DNA of 33,527 nt from an uncultured Candidatus Saccharibacteria bacterium (GCA_964617035.1 CAZTWB010000001.1:1-33527), one strand, 5' to 3'. Shown: positions 18,008-27,000, counted from the first letter of the stretch. Notes: generated by a model from the letters alone, not told the origin. Numbers and translations: made by a program.

Positions 18008-19537
18008 GTGAGTGCAATGAACAACTACATATTCAATAAAACTAAAACACTAAATACAACACTACTAAGTATTTCTATACTAGCTATATCACTAATAGGG
18101 CTATTGGCTATAACTAAATCACCTGTCGATGCTTCTGACAATGACTTTAGTAATGGCATAACTGTAGACAGTAAGACTGATGGAGCAGATAGCAATGTTG
18201 GCGACAATATCTGCGATGATGGATCAGGTAACTGTACTCTAAGAGCAGCTATAGAAGAATCAAATGCTACAGCCGGAACTCAAACAATAAACTTCAATAT
18301 TACCGGCACAGCAGACTTCACCAATAGCGGACAAAATGGTTATACCATTCAACCTACATCTGGATTGCCAGTAATTACCGATACAGTAATCATTAATGGC
18401 TATTCACAATCAGGAGCTCAAGCTAACACTGCAGTAGCCCCAAACCCCCTAAACGGAATCTTACTTATAGAGATTGATGGGAGTGGAGCGGGTAATGCGG
18501 ACGGACTCAGGGCTGCTTCAAATAACACAGTAGTGCGAGGATTAATTATTAATGAATTCAATTCAGTAAATAGAAAAGCAATTAGTACAGAAGCGGATGA
18601 CATAATAATACATGGTAATTATCTAGGCACAGAGCCGGATGGCATGACTGCGGCGGCAAATGATTGTGGAGTTTGTATTGGAACGCCGGATCCGGACAAT
18701 ATATTAATTGGTGGCCTTAATCCTGAAAATAGAAATATTATCTCTGGCAACACCTCGACGGGCGCCTCTCCAAACGGCAATGGTGATGGGTGGATCTTTC
18801 AGGGTAACTATGTTGGGGTTGGTAAAGATGGCATGACGGCTGTGCCAAATGCCCAGTCGGGTGGTGCGGGCGCCTTCTCGATAGATAATAGCGATAATCA
18901 CATTGTTGGCGGTAATCAGACAGGAGCAATTAATGTTATCTCTGGCAATTTAGGTATTGGGATAGCTCCCCATAACACTGATAACCTATTGATTGAAGGG
19001 AACTATATTGGACTAGCGTACGATGGAGTAACTGTTGTTGGTAGTGCTCCTGGAGGTGACGGAGGAGGGATTGGATTGTCTGATTCAGATAGCTTCCAGA
19101 TCATTAACAATGATGTCGCCGGTTGGTCTAATGACGGGATTGGTATATATACGAATACCAACGGTACCATTCAAAATAATCGAGTCTTTAGCAATGGCGC
19201 TAACGGAGTGAGTGTATCAAACTCCGATAACGTAACTGTGATTGATAATGAAGTATATAACCAACAGGGTGAAGGTATGAATGTTAATAACTCTAGCAAT
19301 GTCACTATAACCAATAACACCATCCAGAATAATGACCTGGACGGCGTGTATATTAATAGCGGTTCGTCAAATACGGACATAGAGGACAACACAATCGACG
19401 GCAACACCGAAAACGGCATAGAGATCAACAACTCAACAAATACGGACATAGAGGACAACACGATCGACGGCAACACCGAAAACGGCATAGAGATCAACAA
19501 CTCAACTGGTGCCACCGTAACCAATAACACCATCTAG
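18008..19537 (+). CDS. N-terminal portion of a right-handed parallel beta-helix (PbH1/NosD-like) surface protein with a CSLREA-like N-domain; ends at an in-frame TAG
   Basis: Signal peptide (ISILAISLIGLLAITKSPVDA), then GNCTLRAAIEESNATAGTQTINF (CSLREA/choice-of-anchor-Q-like). Repeats of 22-23 aa follow (NNxIxxNxxDGI...). It terminates at TAG 19535-37 in the same frame as ORF 19556. Confidence 0.7.
   Translation: MSAMNNYIFNKTKTLNTTLLSISILAISLIGLLAITKSPVDASDNDFSNGITVDSKTDGADSNVGDNICDDGSGNCTLRAAIEESNATAGTQTINFNITGTADFTNSGQNGYTIQPTSGLPVITDTVIINGYSQSGAQANTAVAPNPLNGILLIEIDGSGAGNADGLRAASNNTVVRGLIINEFNSVNRKAISTEADDIIIHGNYLGTEPDGMTAAANDCGVCIGTPDPDNILIGGLNPENRNIISGNTSTGASPNGNGDGWIFQGNYVGVGKDGMTAVPNAQSGGAGAFSIDNSDNHIVGGNQTGAINVISGNLGIGIAPHNTDNLLIEGNYIGLAYDGVTVVGSAPGGDGGGIGLSDSDSFQIINNDVAGWSNDGIGIYTNTNGTIQNNRVFSNGANGVSVSNSDNVTVIDNEVYNQQGEGMNVNNSSNVTITNNTIQNNDLDGVYINSGSSNTDIEDNTIDGNTENGIEINNSTNTDIEDNTIDGNTENGIEINNSTGATVTNNTI
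19370..19507 (+). repeat. Two tandem 69-bp (23-aa) coding repeats inside the beta-helix gene, part of a larger 210-bp displaced duplication (about 19301-19438 vs 19511-19648)
   Basis: Units 19370-19438 and 19439-19507 both encode NTDIEDNTIDGNTENGIEINNST and differ at 2 synonymous positions. A third copy starts at 19580. Confidence 0.85.
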
Positions 19538-19555
19538 AATAATGACCTGGACGGA

Positions 19556-20860
19556 GTGAGCGTTAATAGCGGTTCGTCAAATACGGACATAGAGTACAAC
19601 ACAATCGACGGCAACACCGAAAACGGCATAGAGATTAACGGCTCATCTGACGTCAGCCTAACCACTAACAACATCCAAAACAACGACTTGGACGGCGTGT
19701 ATATATCCACAACATCAAATAATATATCGCTATTTACCAATGGTATTATTGCTAACGCCCAGAACGGAGTGGCGAGCTATGTTACTAGTGGACTAACCAT
19801 ATTCGGAAATATCATTCATACTAATACACAGTATGGCATTCGGCTTAATGGTGGCTCAGATAGTTTAATAGACAGTAATATAATCTATGATAATTTCTCC
19901 TCGGGAACAGGTGCAAATATATCACTGAACGCTGCATCATTGTTTGGTATCGTCGTAGACGATATATCTATAGCCGGCAATAAGATTGGAGTCCAGGCTA
20001 ACGGTAACATAGCAAGCAATAATCCAACATACGGTATTGTTAGTAGCGGTGATATCACTAATCTCACAATCGGCGGTATCAACACTACTGATAGTAATGA
20101 AATTGCAGGTCATGGCAACATGGGTATAAGCGTATTGTCCGGCGACCTTCAGGTTGTGCCAGCATTTATTCAGGCAAACAAAGTATCTATATTGGGTAAC
20201 TCTATACATGATAATAACTCAGTAGATAGCGGGTTAGGTATCGATTTGTATACTGGTGTAGAGCTAGGTATGCCAGATGGAGTATTCAATAGCTACACCA
20301 ATCTAGGCCCCGATGCTAACGACCCTGGTGACACTGATACAGGCTCCAATAGCCTAATAAACTTCCCGGTCATCAATAGCGCTGATCAGAACAACCTAAA
20401 TTTAAGTGTTAACTTTGACCTAGATGCTCTGGATTCTCCTACCAATCAATACCGAATAGAGTTCTTTTCGAACGACACTGCTGATCCATCAGGCTATGGT
20501 GAAGGACAAACCTATCTAGGTTTCGTCACTGTATCTCCAGGAAACAATCAAATAGCTAATCTTACGCTCCCAGCAAATACTAACCTAACCGGCAAGGTAC
20601 TATCTGCTACCACTACTGCCATAGACGGCACTACAGCTTCAGGCTTCGGTAGTACTAGTGAGTTTAGTTTGGCTAGTAGCATCACCGTCTCATCATTACC
20701 AACAAATAACAATACTACTAATTATCAAAACCAAACAAGTACAAACTTAGCTAATGCTGGAGACAGCAAGATTATTCGACTCGTTCTACTTAGTGTGGTG
20801 ATGATAGTCATCACACTAATTTTGATGGTACATGGACGGCGTCATAAAAAATCAAAATAA
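19556..20860 (+). CDS. C-terminal portion of the same beta-helix surface protein, with a C-terminal LPXTG-like or TM anchor
   Basis: Same frame as 18008..19537 and continues the beta-helix repeats directly. The C-terminus is LANAGDSKIIR-LVLLSVVMIVITLILMV-HGRRHKKSK. The track start is an internal GTG with no signal peptide, so it is unlikely to be an independent gene. Confidence 0.65.
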   Translation: MSVNSGSSNTDIEYNTIDGNTENGIEINGSSDVSLTTNNIQNNDLDGVYISTTSNNISLFTNGIIANAQNGVASYVTSGLTIFGNIIHTNTQYGIRLNGGSDSLIDSNIIYDNFSSGTGANISLNAASLFGIVVDDISIAGNKIGVQANGNIASNNPTYGIVSSGDITNLTIGGINTTDSNEIAGHGNMGISVLSGDLQVVPAFIQANKVSILGNSIHDNNSVDSGLGIDLYTGVELGMPDGVFNSYTNLGPDANDPGDTDTGSNSLINFPVINSADQNNLNLSVNFDLDALDSPTNQYRIEFFSNDTADPSGYGEGQTYLGFVTVSPGNNQIANLTLPANTNLTGKVLSATTTAIDGTTASGFGSTSEFSLASSITVSSLPTNNNTTNYQNQTSTNLANAGDSKIIRLVLLSVVMIVITLILMVHGRRHKKSK

Positions 20861-20917
20861 ATCTTCGTTATCGTTGAGACATTGTGATACAATAGTGCTT
20901 ACGGTAGCTAGTATTTA

Positions 20918-21589
20918 ATGAATAGATATTTTAAATCACTAATTATACTCATTGTTTTGCCAGTAATGGTTGTTCTACCAATGTTTTTGGCACAGACTCT
21001 ATCTATTGATGCTCAAGTTGTGGCTCAGCAAGATACTCTTCAGCAAAGGGTTGAGCAGTACAAAGCAAAGTTGCAAACCCAACCTACAAAATCAGACTTA
21101 ACCAAATTAAAACTTCGTTGTGACGTTGCGCAATCTAAGCTCAAGACTATTAGCGAAAAAGCCGGAAAGGTTCAGGAACAGCGCGTTGCGTCTTATGATA
21201 AGATCAATAAAAAACTAGAAAACTTAACTACTGCACTAAAAGCAAAGAATATTGCTACTACAGACTTAGAAGCTCAAAGCAAGGAGCTAAAAACCAAAAC
21301 CGATACATTTGCTACAGACCTTCAGGCTTTCAAGCAAGCTACAGAAGATGCAGCGAATGCTGATTGTGCAAATGACCCTCTTGCAATGAAGGCATCTTTA
21401 GAGAGTGCCAGGATAAGCTACACTAAATTAATACAAGAAGTTAGCGACATAAGGGCGTATGTAAACAACGTAATCAAAACAACCCTTAAGCAAACCAAAG
21501 ATGATTTACTGACCCAGCAAAAAGCGAGCAGTGCGACCGATAATGGTCAAACACCTACATCAGGAGGGACAACAGATGCAACCCAATAA
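20918..21589 (+). CDS. Secreted coiled-coil hypothetical protein
   Basis: 223 aa with an N-terminal signal/TM segment (LIILIVLPVMVVLPMFLAQT) and long heptad-like K/Q/E/T-rich segments. Confidence 0.55.
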   Translation: MNRYFKSLIILIVLPVMVVLPMFLAQTLSIDAQVVAQQDTLQQRVEQYKAKLQTQPTKSDLTKLKLRCDVAQSKLKTISEKAGKVQEQRVASYDKINKKLENLTTALKAKNIATTDLEAQSKELKTKTDTFATDLQAFKQATEDAANADCANDPLAMKASLESARISYTKLIQEVSDIRAYVNNVIKTTLKQTKDDLLTQQKASSATDNGQTPTSGGTTDATQ

Positions 21590-22103
21590 TAAAGAACAGA
21601 ATAATGTTGCACCAGTAATGGATATACAGCGACCCACACAAACATCTCCTTCTCCACAACCTAGACCTACGACAGTGTTTACTCCCAGTAGTCAACAAAC
21701 TAGACCTGCAACCATGGAGTATACTCGACCACGTATGGACACGAATACTACGTTCGATCAGTCTCCACAAATCAGCCAGCAGGACATTAATATGAATAAG
21801 CCAAAGAAGTCAAAGAAAGGATTAATAATTAGTTTATTCGTCCTATTATTTGTTGGCTTATCAGGAGCCGGAGCTTATTACTACATGGCTGTTTACAAGA
21901 AAGCTGCTTCTCAGCCACAGCCACAACCACAACCTGTAGTTGAAACTCAGCCAACAGAGACAACAACTGATTCATCCACGGTTCCAGCGACACCAGATGG
22001 TGTTGACCAGACTGTTGAAGAGATTGATCAACAATTGAATTCACAAAATGACACTCAGGATTTTCCGTCTAACGACGTCAGTGATAGTAATCTAGGATTG
22101 TAA
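21576..22103 (+). CDS. Pro/Gln/Thr-rich single-pass membrane protein, hypothetical
   Basis: The track ORF begins at 21531, but GGAGGG sits 6 nt before ATG 21576 (MQPNNKEQNN), giving a 14-nt overlap with the upstream gene. It has one TM (GLIISLFVLLFVGLSGAGAYYYMAV) and a QPQPQPQP tract. Confidence 0.55.
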   Translation: MQPNNKEQNNVAPVMDIQRPTQTSPSPQPRPTTVFTPSSQQTRPATMEYTRPRMDTNTTFDQSPQISQQDINMNKPKKSKKGLIISLFVLLFVGLSGAGAYYYMAVYKKAASQPQPQPQPVVETQPTETTTDSSTVPATPDGVDQTVEEIDQQLNSQNDTQDFPSNDVSDSNLGL

Positions 22104-22154
22104 TATTCACTAAGATTATTCAAATTCCTGTAATTAGGTGCTAGTATTAGCATT

Positions 22155-22712
22155 GTGTCATTTTATGATATAAAAATCGAAACACTAAAAGATTTGCCAT
22201 CCTTAGAAGGAGTAACGGTTATTAGTGACTGTGATGGAGCATTGTTTAAGCACGGCACTAGTGATGCATATCCTGATGTCCTGCCAGCTTTAGAATCAGT
22301 AGGAAGTTTAGTTTTAGTATCAGCTTGCCCAGACGCAAAATTAATGGAAGAGAGGCATGCTACGCTAACCGCAGATGCTTCAATCTATGCACATAAAGCA
22401 CGTTGGTACAAAGGCGACATGTTTAAAAAAGTGGCAGACAATATCGCTAGATCTGTGGATAAAGTAGTAATAATTGGTGATAGACCGGTTGCTGACGTAG
22501 GGGTAGCAAAATATGTATTTGGAAGAAAAGGGTATCGCACCTTAGGGGTTAGAATCGATCGCCCCGAACAGCCGTTACCTCACAAGGTAGATTACGTATT
22601 GCATCCAAGTTTTATCATTGGATCAACATTAATAAAAAAATTGAAACGAGACGAATTGTTTCGTCCAAGATTTGAAGATAGTCAAAATATCACAGAAAAC
22701 TTTTTGAAGTAG
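22155..22712 (+). CDS. HAD-superfamily phosphatase-like protein
   Basis: 185 aa, GTG start. DxD motif I (VISDCDGALF) and motif IV-like VVIIGDRPVADV. Confidence 0.5.
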   Translation: MSFYDIKIETLKDLPSLEGVTVISDCDGALFKHGTSDAYPDVLPALESVGSLVLVSACPDAKLMEERHATLTADASIYAHKARWYKGDMFKKVADNIARSVDKVVIIGDRPVADVGVAKYVFGRKGYRTLGVRIDRPEQPLPHKVDYVLHPSFIIGSTLIKKLKRDELFRPRFEDSQNITENFLK

Positions 22713-22720
22713 TAAGCGAG

Positions 22721-23632
22721 CTAATTGGGTAGGTTTTCTGAGGATGCAAGTTTAATGTGATTCTTTTCTAGAGCAGGGAGTAGTTTTTTGTAGAAGATTC
22801 CCCGGATTTTCCATTGTTCACCAGGTGCAGTTTTGCCAAATATTTTAACTCGAACTCCGTTTGAGTTAATGGCATCAACACGATCAAAATATGGTGGTTG
22901 AATAATATTTGCTCCGATTTTTGTGTCATAGACTAGCTCTTCGCCTACGTGATTGATGATGTGTTCAAGCTTGTCGATATCCGTCTTTTTATCAACGACT
23001 ATTTCTTCGTTGAATCCAGCGTAATGCATAGTCATGTTCGAAGCAATCATAATACTCCCGTTTGGTATATGATGAATCCTGCCGTTTATATCTCTCAATG
23101 TTGTAGTTCTGATAGTTATAGCCTCGACAGTGCCAGACACTTTTGCTGCACCAATATTTGTAGTAATTTCGATTGTGTCACCGACCCGATATTGATTTTC
23201 TGTGATGATAAAGAAACCACTCATAAAATCTCGAATCAAATTTTGGGCACCAAAACCCAAAGCAACACCAATTACACCTGCGCTTGCAATCAGCGGAGCA
23301 GTATTAATGCCTAGCTCGCTAATAATCATGACGGTGGCAATTATAAAAATACCTAATCGCAGACCAGCGTTGATTAGGCTGTCAAGAGTTTTGAGTCTTT
23401 TTTTACGGTCTCCGTCTGTAGGAAATAGGTCTGGACGGTATGTTAGTTTATGAAGAACCTGACTGACAGTTTTGTTTAAAACGCGCAATAGTATTTCGGC
23501 ACCAATAACAATAATCAATATTTGTATTAAGTGTGCTGAAGTCCAGTCAACTAACAAATGCCAGACTTCATTAATTCTTGTTCCTAAATTATTAATTGCT
23601 GTTTCCCACATCGTCTTATATGTATAATACAC
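22721..23632 (-). CDS. Small-conductance mechanosensitive channel (MscS family)
   Basis: TM helices followed by the MscS beta-domain signature (GAQNLIRDFMSGFFIITENQYRVGDTIEI...GTVEAITIRTTTLRDINGRIHHIPNG). The likely start is ATG 23611 (MWETAINN). Confidence 0.85.
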   Translation of the reverse strand: MYYTYKTMWETAINNLGTRINEVWHLLVDWTSAHLIQILIIVIGAEILLRVLNKTVSQVLHKLTYRPDLFPTDGDRKKRLKTLDSLINAGLRLGIFIIATVMIISELGINTAPLIASAGVIGVALGFGAQNLIRDFMSGFFIITENQYRVGDTIEITTNIGAAKVSGTVEAITIRTTTLRDINGRIHHIPNGSIMIASNMTMHYAGFNEEIVVDKKTDIDKLEHIINHVGEELVYDTKIGANIIQPPYFDRVDAINSNGVRVKIFGKTAPGEQWKIRGIFYKKLLPALEKNHIKLASSENLPN

Positions 23633-23636
23633 TAAA

Positions 23637-24236
23637 GTGTCAAAAGATTTTATAGCGATAGAAGAAGTTTATAATACGATCCTAAATGGAGGTGTTGGTG
23701 TGCTGCCAACAGATACGTTGTATGGGATCGTGGCCAAAGCAAATAATGTTGATGCCGTTAATAGACTGTATGCATTAAAGGACAGAGAAAATAAGCCGGG
23801 CACTGTAATAGCTCAAAATATAGATCAGCTGGTTGAGTTGGGCCTAAAAAGAAGGTATCTTCAGGTAGTTAATAAATATTGGCCAGGGCCGGTGAGTGCG
23901 GTTATTCCTACTGGCCCAAATTTGTCGTATTTGCACCAAGGTAAGTTTTCAATAGCTGTAAGAATACCTAACGATCCTAGACTAATGAAGCTATTAAACG
24001 TAACAGGGGCATTGTTAACGTCAAGTGCCAACGCGCCGGGAAAACCTCCAGCTACTAATATTGACGAGGCGAAACAATATTTTGGTAATAAAGTTAATTT
24101 TTATGTCGATGGAGGACCAAATAATGGCCAACCATCAACGGTGATTCGGGTAGTTGATGATGCTATAGAGATATTGCGCCAAGGCAAGACTAGAATAAAT
24201 GAACAAACAGGAGAGGTTATAGATCATGACATTTGA
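23637..24236 (+). CDS. tsaC: L-threonylcarbamoyladenylate synthase (YrdC/TsaC domain only)
   Basis: 199 aa with GVGVLPTDTLYGIVA, KDRENKPGTVI, LLTSSANAPGKPP and PSTVIRV. Confidence 0.85.
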   Translation: MSKDFIAIEEVYNTILNGGVGVLPTDTLYGIVAKANNVDAVNRLYALKDRENKPGTVIAQNIDQLVELGLKRRYLQVVNKYWPGPVSAVIPTGPNLSYLHQGKFSIAVRIPNDPRLMKLLNVTGALLTSSANAPGKPPATNIDEAKQYFGNKVNFYVDGGPNNGQPSTVIRVVDDAIEILRQGKTRINEQTGEVIDHDI

Positions 24237-24558
24237 TGAATATCAAAAGCAAGCACTAACAACGGCAATCTTTAATAAAGATCCATTGATGGATAAAACC
24301 ATATGGGCAATGGGTATTGCTGGCGAAGCGGGTGAGGTTATTGAGAAATGGAAGAAAATAGTTGCTTATAACGATGGTGAGATAACGGAAGATGATAAGC
24401 TAGAAATAAAAAAAGAGCTTGGTGATGTCGTTTGGTATGTAGCTTTATTGGCTCATAGCTTAGGGTTGTCACTTAATGAAGTTATGGAACTAAATATTGC
24501 AAAACTAGCTGATCGCAAAAAACGTGGAGTAACCAAAGGGGCGGGTGATAATCGATAA
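24226..24558 (+). CDS. MazG-like nucleotide pyrophosphohydrolase (small all-alpha NTP-PPase)
   Basis: 110 aa with FDEYQKQAL, GIAGEAGEVIEKWKK and ELGDVVWYVALLAHSLG. It overlaps tsaC by 11 nt. Confidence 0.7.
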   Translation: MTFDEYQKQALTTAIFNKDPLMDKTIWAMGIAGEAGEVIEKWKKIVAYNDGEITEDDKLEIKKELGDVVWYVALLAHSLGLSLNEVMELNIAKLADRKKRGVTKGAGDNR

Positions 24559-24570
24559 GACCACTAAAAC

Positions 24571-25854
24571 TTAAAATTCTCGGCGGAGCCATTCGTCAAG
24601 CGATCCACCGCCTCCAGCACTGAGACAAAGCACTAAATCACCATTTTTCACATGTTGAGAAATCATAGTTTTGAGATCATCATTTAATTCTGAAGGTACT
24701 GCATTATCTGGATTTGCTAGAAGTTTTGAAAGTTTTTGTGGAGTAAGAAGCTCAAGTGACTCATCTTCTCGTGCTAGGTAGCTAGGGACAATGTAGACCT
24801 TGCTAGCATCATCAAAAAGATGCTTAAGTTCTTGTTTGATAAAGTGCTGTCTGGTGTTGTGTAATCCTTCGTAAACTACTACAAAGTTATTGTCCGCCAT
24901 TTCTTGGGCTATTTGGATCGCGCCTCGTATTTTTTCTGGGGTGTGGGCGTAATCGCTATAAATATTTTGTGATATTTTTTCAAAACGGCGTGATACACCC
25001 GGAAACTCATTGAGTACATCAGACAACTGCATTATGTCGTGTGAATCTTCAAGGCGAGACAATGCGTTGGCTACAATTTGAGCATCTTCTCGATTAACCT
25101 TTCCAGGTAACTCTTGAGCTATGCTTGCGCAATTTTCTTTGTTTAGGACAAACAATTTATCCGAAGAATTAATATTTAGTTTTACTGCATCTTCTTTCCA
25201 AATATAAGTGGTGGAAGATTGATCAATAAATTGCCCGAATGCTTGATAATATTCATCACGCGTAGGATAGATATCAGGATGATCGTAATCAATGCCGCTA
25301 ATAATACTAATATGAGGCTTAAAGTTCAAAAAATTACGATCAAATTCGTCTGCTTCATACACAAAATATTTTGCATTGGGGTTAAACTCACCCATCTCAC
25401 CAAAGCTTATTTTTGCGCCAACAGAATAACTTACCGGAATTTCTAGTTGTTTTAGTACCCAAATAGCCATAGCTGTGGTGGTGGTTTTTCCATGAGTACC
25501 AGCAATAGCAATTAGTTTGAGGTTTTTTTCTTTGATAATATGATTCAACAATTGATCACGCTTAGTTGACTTAATATGTTTTTCTTTTATAAATTGAAAT
25601 TCTGGTGAATTTGGATTTTCGATAGCTACCGCCGACGAGTAAACATACCAATCAATTGGATTTATTGAATTAACTTGGTCTATCTGCTCTTTACTTTGTC
25701 CGATATGAATATCATCAACACCATGAGTTCTTAGGTATTTAATATAATCAGAATCTTGTTTATCTGACCCAGAAACCTGATAGCCAGCCTGTTTTGCAAT
25801 TAAGGCTAGTGGGCCAATTGCTGTTCCACCAATCGCAGAAAAGAAAATATGCAT
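24571..25854 (-). CDS. Mur ligase family protein (MurC- or Mpl-like UDP-N-acetylmuramate ligase)
   Basis: 427 aa with an N-terminal Rossmann region (IFFSAIGGTAIGPLALIAKQAGYQVSGSD) and P-loop IAGTHGKTTTTAM. It is not in a dcw cluster, and the N-terminus starts directly like Mpl, so the substrate is unresolved. Confidence 0.7.
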   Translation of the reverse strand: MHIFFSAIGGTAIGPLALIAKQAGYQVSGSDKQDSDYIKYLRTHGVDDIHIGQSKEQIDQVNSINPIDWYVYSSAVAIENPNSPEFQFIKEKHIKSTKRDQLLNHIIKEKNLKLIAIAGTHGKTTTTAMAIWVLKQLEIPVSYSVGAKISFGEMGEFNPNAKYFVYEADEFDRNFLNFKPHISIISGIDYDHPDIYPTRDEYYQAFGQFIDQSSTTYIWKEDAVKLNINSSDKLFVLNKENCASIAQELPGKVNREDAQIVANALSRLEDSHDIMQLSDVLNEFPGVSRRFEKISQNIYSDYAHTPEKIRGAIQIAQEMADNNFVVVYEGLHNTRQHFIKQELKHLFDDASKVYIVPSYLAREDESLELLTPQKLSKLLANPDNAVPSELNDDLKTMISQHVKNGDLVLCLSAGGGGSLDEWLRREF

Positions 25855-25900
25855 ACATTTAGTCTACCAGGTTAGACCAAAAAGGTTTAACATAAGAGAT

Positions 25901-26509
25901 ATGAATAAACGTCATCTTAAGCAACTCTGGAGACGTATTGAGCTAGTTAATACGTGGTATTTTTTTGGTCTGTTTGTGATATTTTTAATAATTGGTGGTG
26001 CAGCTGTTAGACAAAATAATCTAAAGTCAATTGAGCTAAGAGAAGCAGTTATCGAGGCAGATAAGCAAAATGGTGATGTTGAGTCTGCTCTTCGTACACT
26101 TCGTAAGCATATTTATGCCCATATGAATGCTGGACTTTCAAATGGAGCCACCCAACAGCCTATACAGCTAAAATATCGATACGAGCGGTTAGTAGAGGCA
26201 GAGAAAAAAAAGTCTGCAGACAGTAATCAAGTCTATTCTGACGCTCAAGCATACTGTGAGCAACGTTTTGGTCAGGGGTCACTACGAGAAGGTAGGGTAC
26301 CGTGCGTTCAGCAATACATAGCTGATCATAGCGCAAACAATGAAGTATCTAAAATTCCTGACGCATTATTTAAGTTTGATTTTGTGAGCCCTGCATGGTC
26401 ACCAGATTTAGCTGGCTGGAGCTTGTTGCTGTCGGGAATATTCCTGGCATTATTTTTGATTCGCTTCCTAACAGAACGCTGGTTTAAGGCCATGGTTAAA
26501 GATATTTAG
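25901..26509 (+). CDS. Hypothetical bitopic membrane protein
   Basis: 202 aa with TM segments near both termini (WYFFGLFVIFLIIGGAAV; WSLLLSGIFLALFLIRF). No family recognised. Confidence 0.5.
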   Translation: MNKRHLKQLWRRIELVNTWYFFGLFVIFLIIGGAAVRQNNLKSIELREAVIEADKQNGDVESALRTLRKHIYAHMNAGLSNGATQQPIQLKYRYERLVEAEKKKSADSNQVYSDAQAYCEQRFGQGSLREGRVPCVQQYIADHSANNEVSKIPDALFKFDFVSPAWSPDLAGWSLLLSGIFLALFLIRFLTERWFKAMVKDI

Positions 26510-26709
26510 ATAAGCGTAAACGTTGTATAAATTATACACAGTACAACTTCGTTTATCAGGGAAAAATTATAGCCACCTCTGTTTATTTCCGGCTATGCCC
26601 TTTAGTCGCTGTAGTATGTGCAGTTTTAGATGAAAAAATAGTTGACAACACCAAAGGTAACAGAGTATGTTAGGGGTACTAATGTAAACCTAAAGAGGGA
26701 GAAGAATAA

Positions 26710-26904
26710 ATGGCTTACAAGCACACGAACAGCAAAGGCGTAACATACTACCTAAACACTAAAGAAGTTACATTGCGCGGTGGCAAACAACAACGAATTT
26801 ACTACTTTAGCAAAGACGAACGACCAGAAGGCACAGATTTGCCAGACGGATACACAGTTAATGAAAACCCACGAAATGGTTTCTTGACTGTTAAAAAGGG
26901 CTAA
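26710..26904 (+). CDS. Small (64 aa) basic hypothetical protein, a stand-alone transcription unit
   Basis: SD GAGGGAG precedes the ATG. Candidate TTGACA at 26643-48 with TATGTT about 18 nt downstream. A strong intrinsic terminator follows. Confidence 0.55.
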   Translation: MAYKHTNSKGVTYYLNTKEVTLRGGKQQRIYYFSKDERPEGTDLPDGYTVNENPRNGFLTVKKG

Positions 26905-26926
26905 TAAGCTTAACGTAAGTGTTACA

Positions 26927-26965
26927 GATAACACCCCTGCTACTAGGGGTGTTATCTTTACTTTG
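26927..26965 (+). terminator. Rho-independent terminator
   Basis: Perfect 12-bp stem GATAACACCCCT (26927-38) / AGGGGTGTTATC (26945-56) with loop GCTACT, followed by TTTACTTTG. Confidence 0.8.
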
Positions 26966-26984
26966 TGCAAAACATTTGAAAGCA

Positions 26985-26993
26985 TGGTATAAT
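26985..26993 (+). promoter_or_regulatory. Extended -10 element TGGTATAAT placed 7 nt before ATG 27001 (candidate leaderless transcript)
   Basis: TATAAT at 26988-93 and ATG at 27001, with no SD between them. TTGTGC sits about 19 nt upstream. Confidence 0.45.
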
Positions 26994-27000
26994 ATTTGAT

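Noticed and set aside
19535-19537. TAG reassignment or programmed recoding as the explanation for the in-frame stop
   Set aside because: TAG terminates well-conserved genes at their expected lengths in this same window (uppP at 4581-83, mgtE at 11420-22, and the GT4 gene). A global reassignment is therefore unlikely, and a nonsense mutation or sequencing error is simpler.
19370-19650. Possibility that the short direct repeats here and at 33058-33527 form a CRISPR array
   Set aside because: The repeats are directly tandem with no unique spacers, have periods of 69 and 141 bp, and lie in frame inside long coding sequences. No cas genes are present.
19171-19740. Minus-strand ORFs 19171-19533 and 19534-19740 with repeated peptide segments
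   Set aside because: They are antisense shadows of the beta-helix repeat gene. The sense frame has a signal peptide, recognisable PbH1-type repeats and an anchor.
21531-21575. Upstream start at 21531 for the PQ-rich membrane protein, giving a 59-nt overlap with the previous gene
   Set aside because: ATG 21576 is preceded by GGAGGG at optimal spacing and reduces the overlap to 14 nt. The extra N-terminal residues look like out-of-frame readthrough of the upstream gene.
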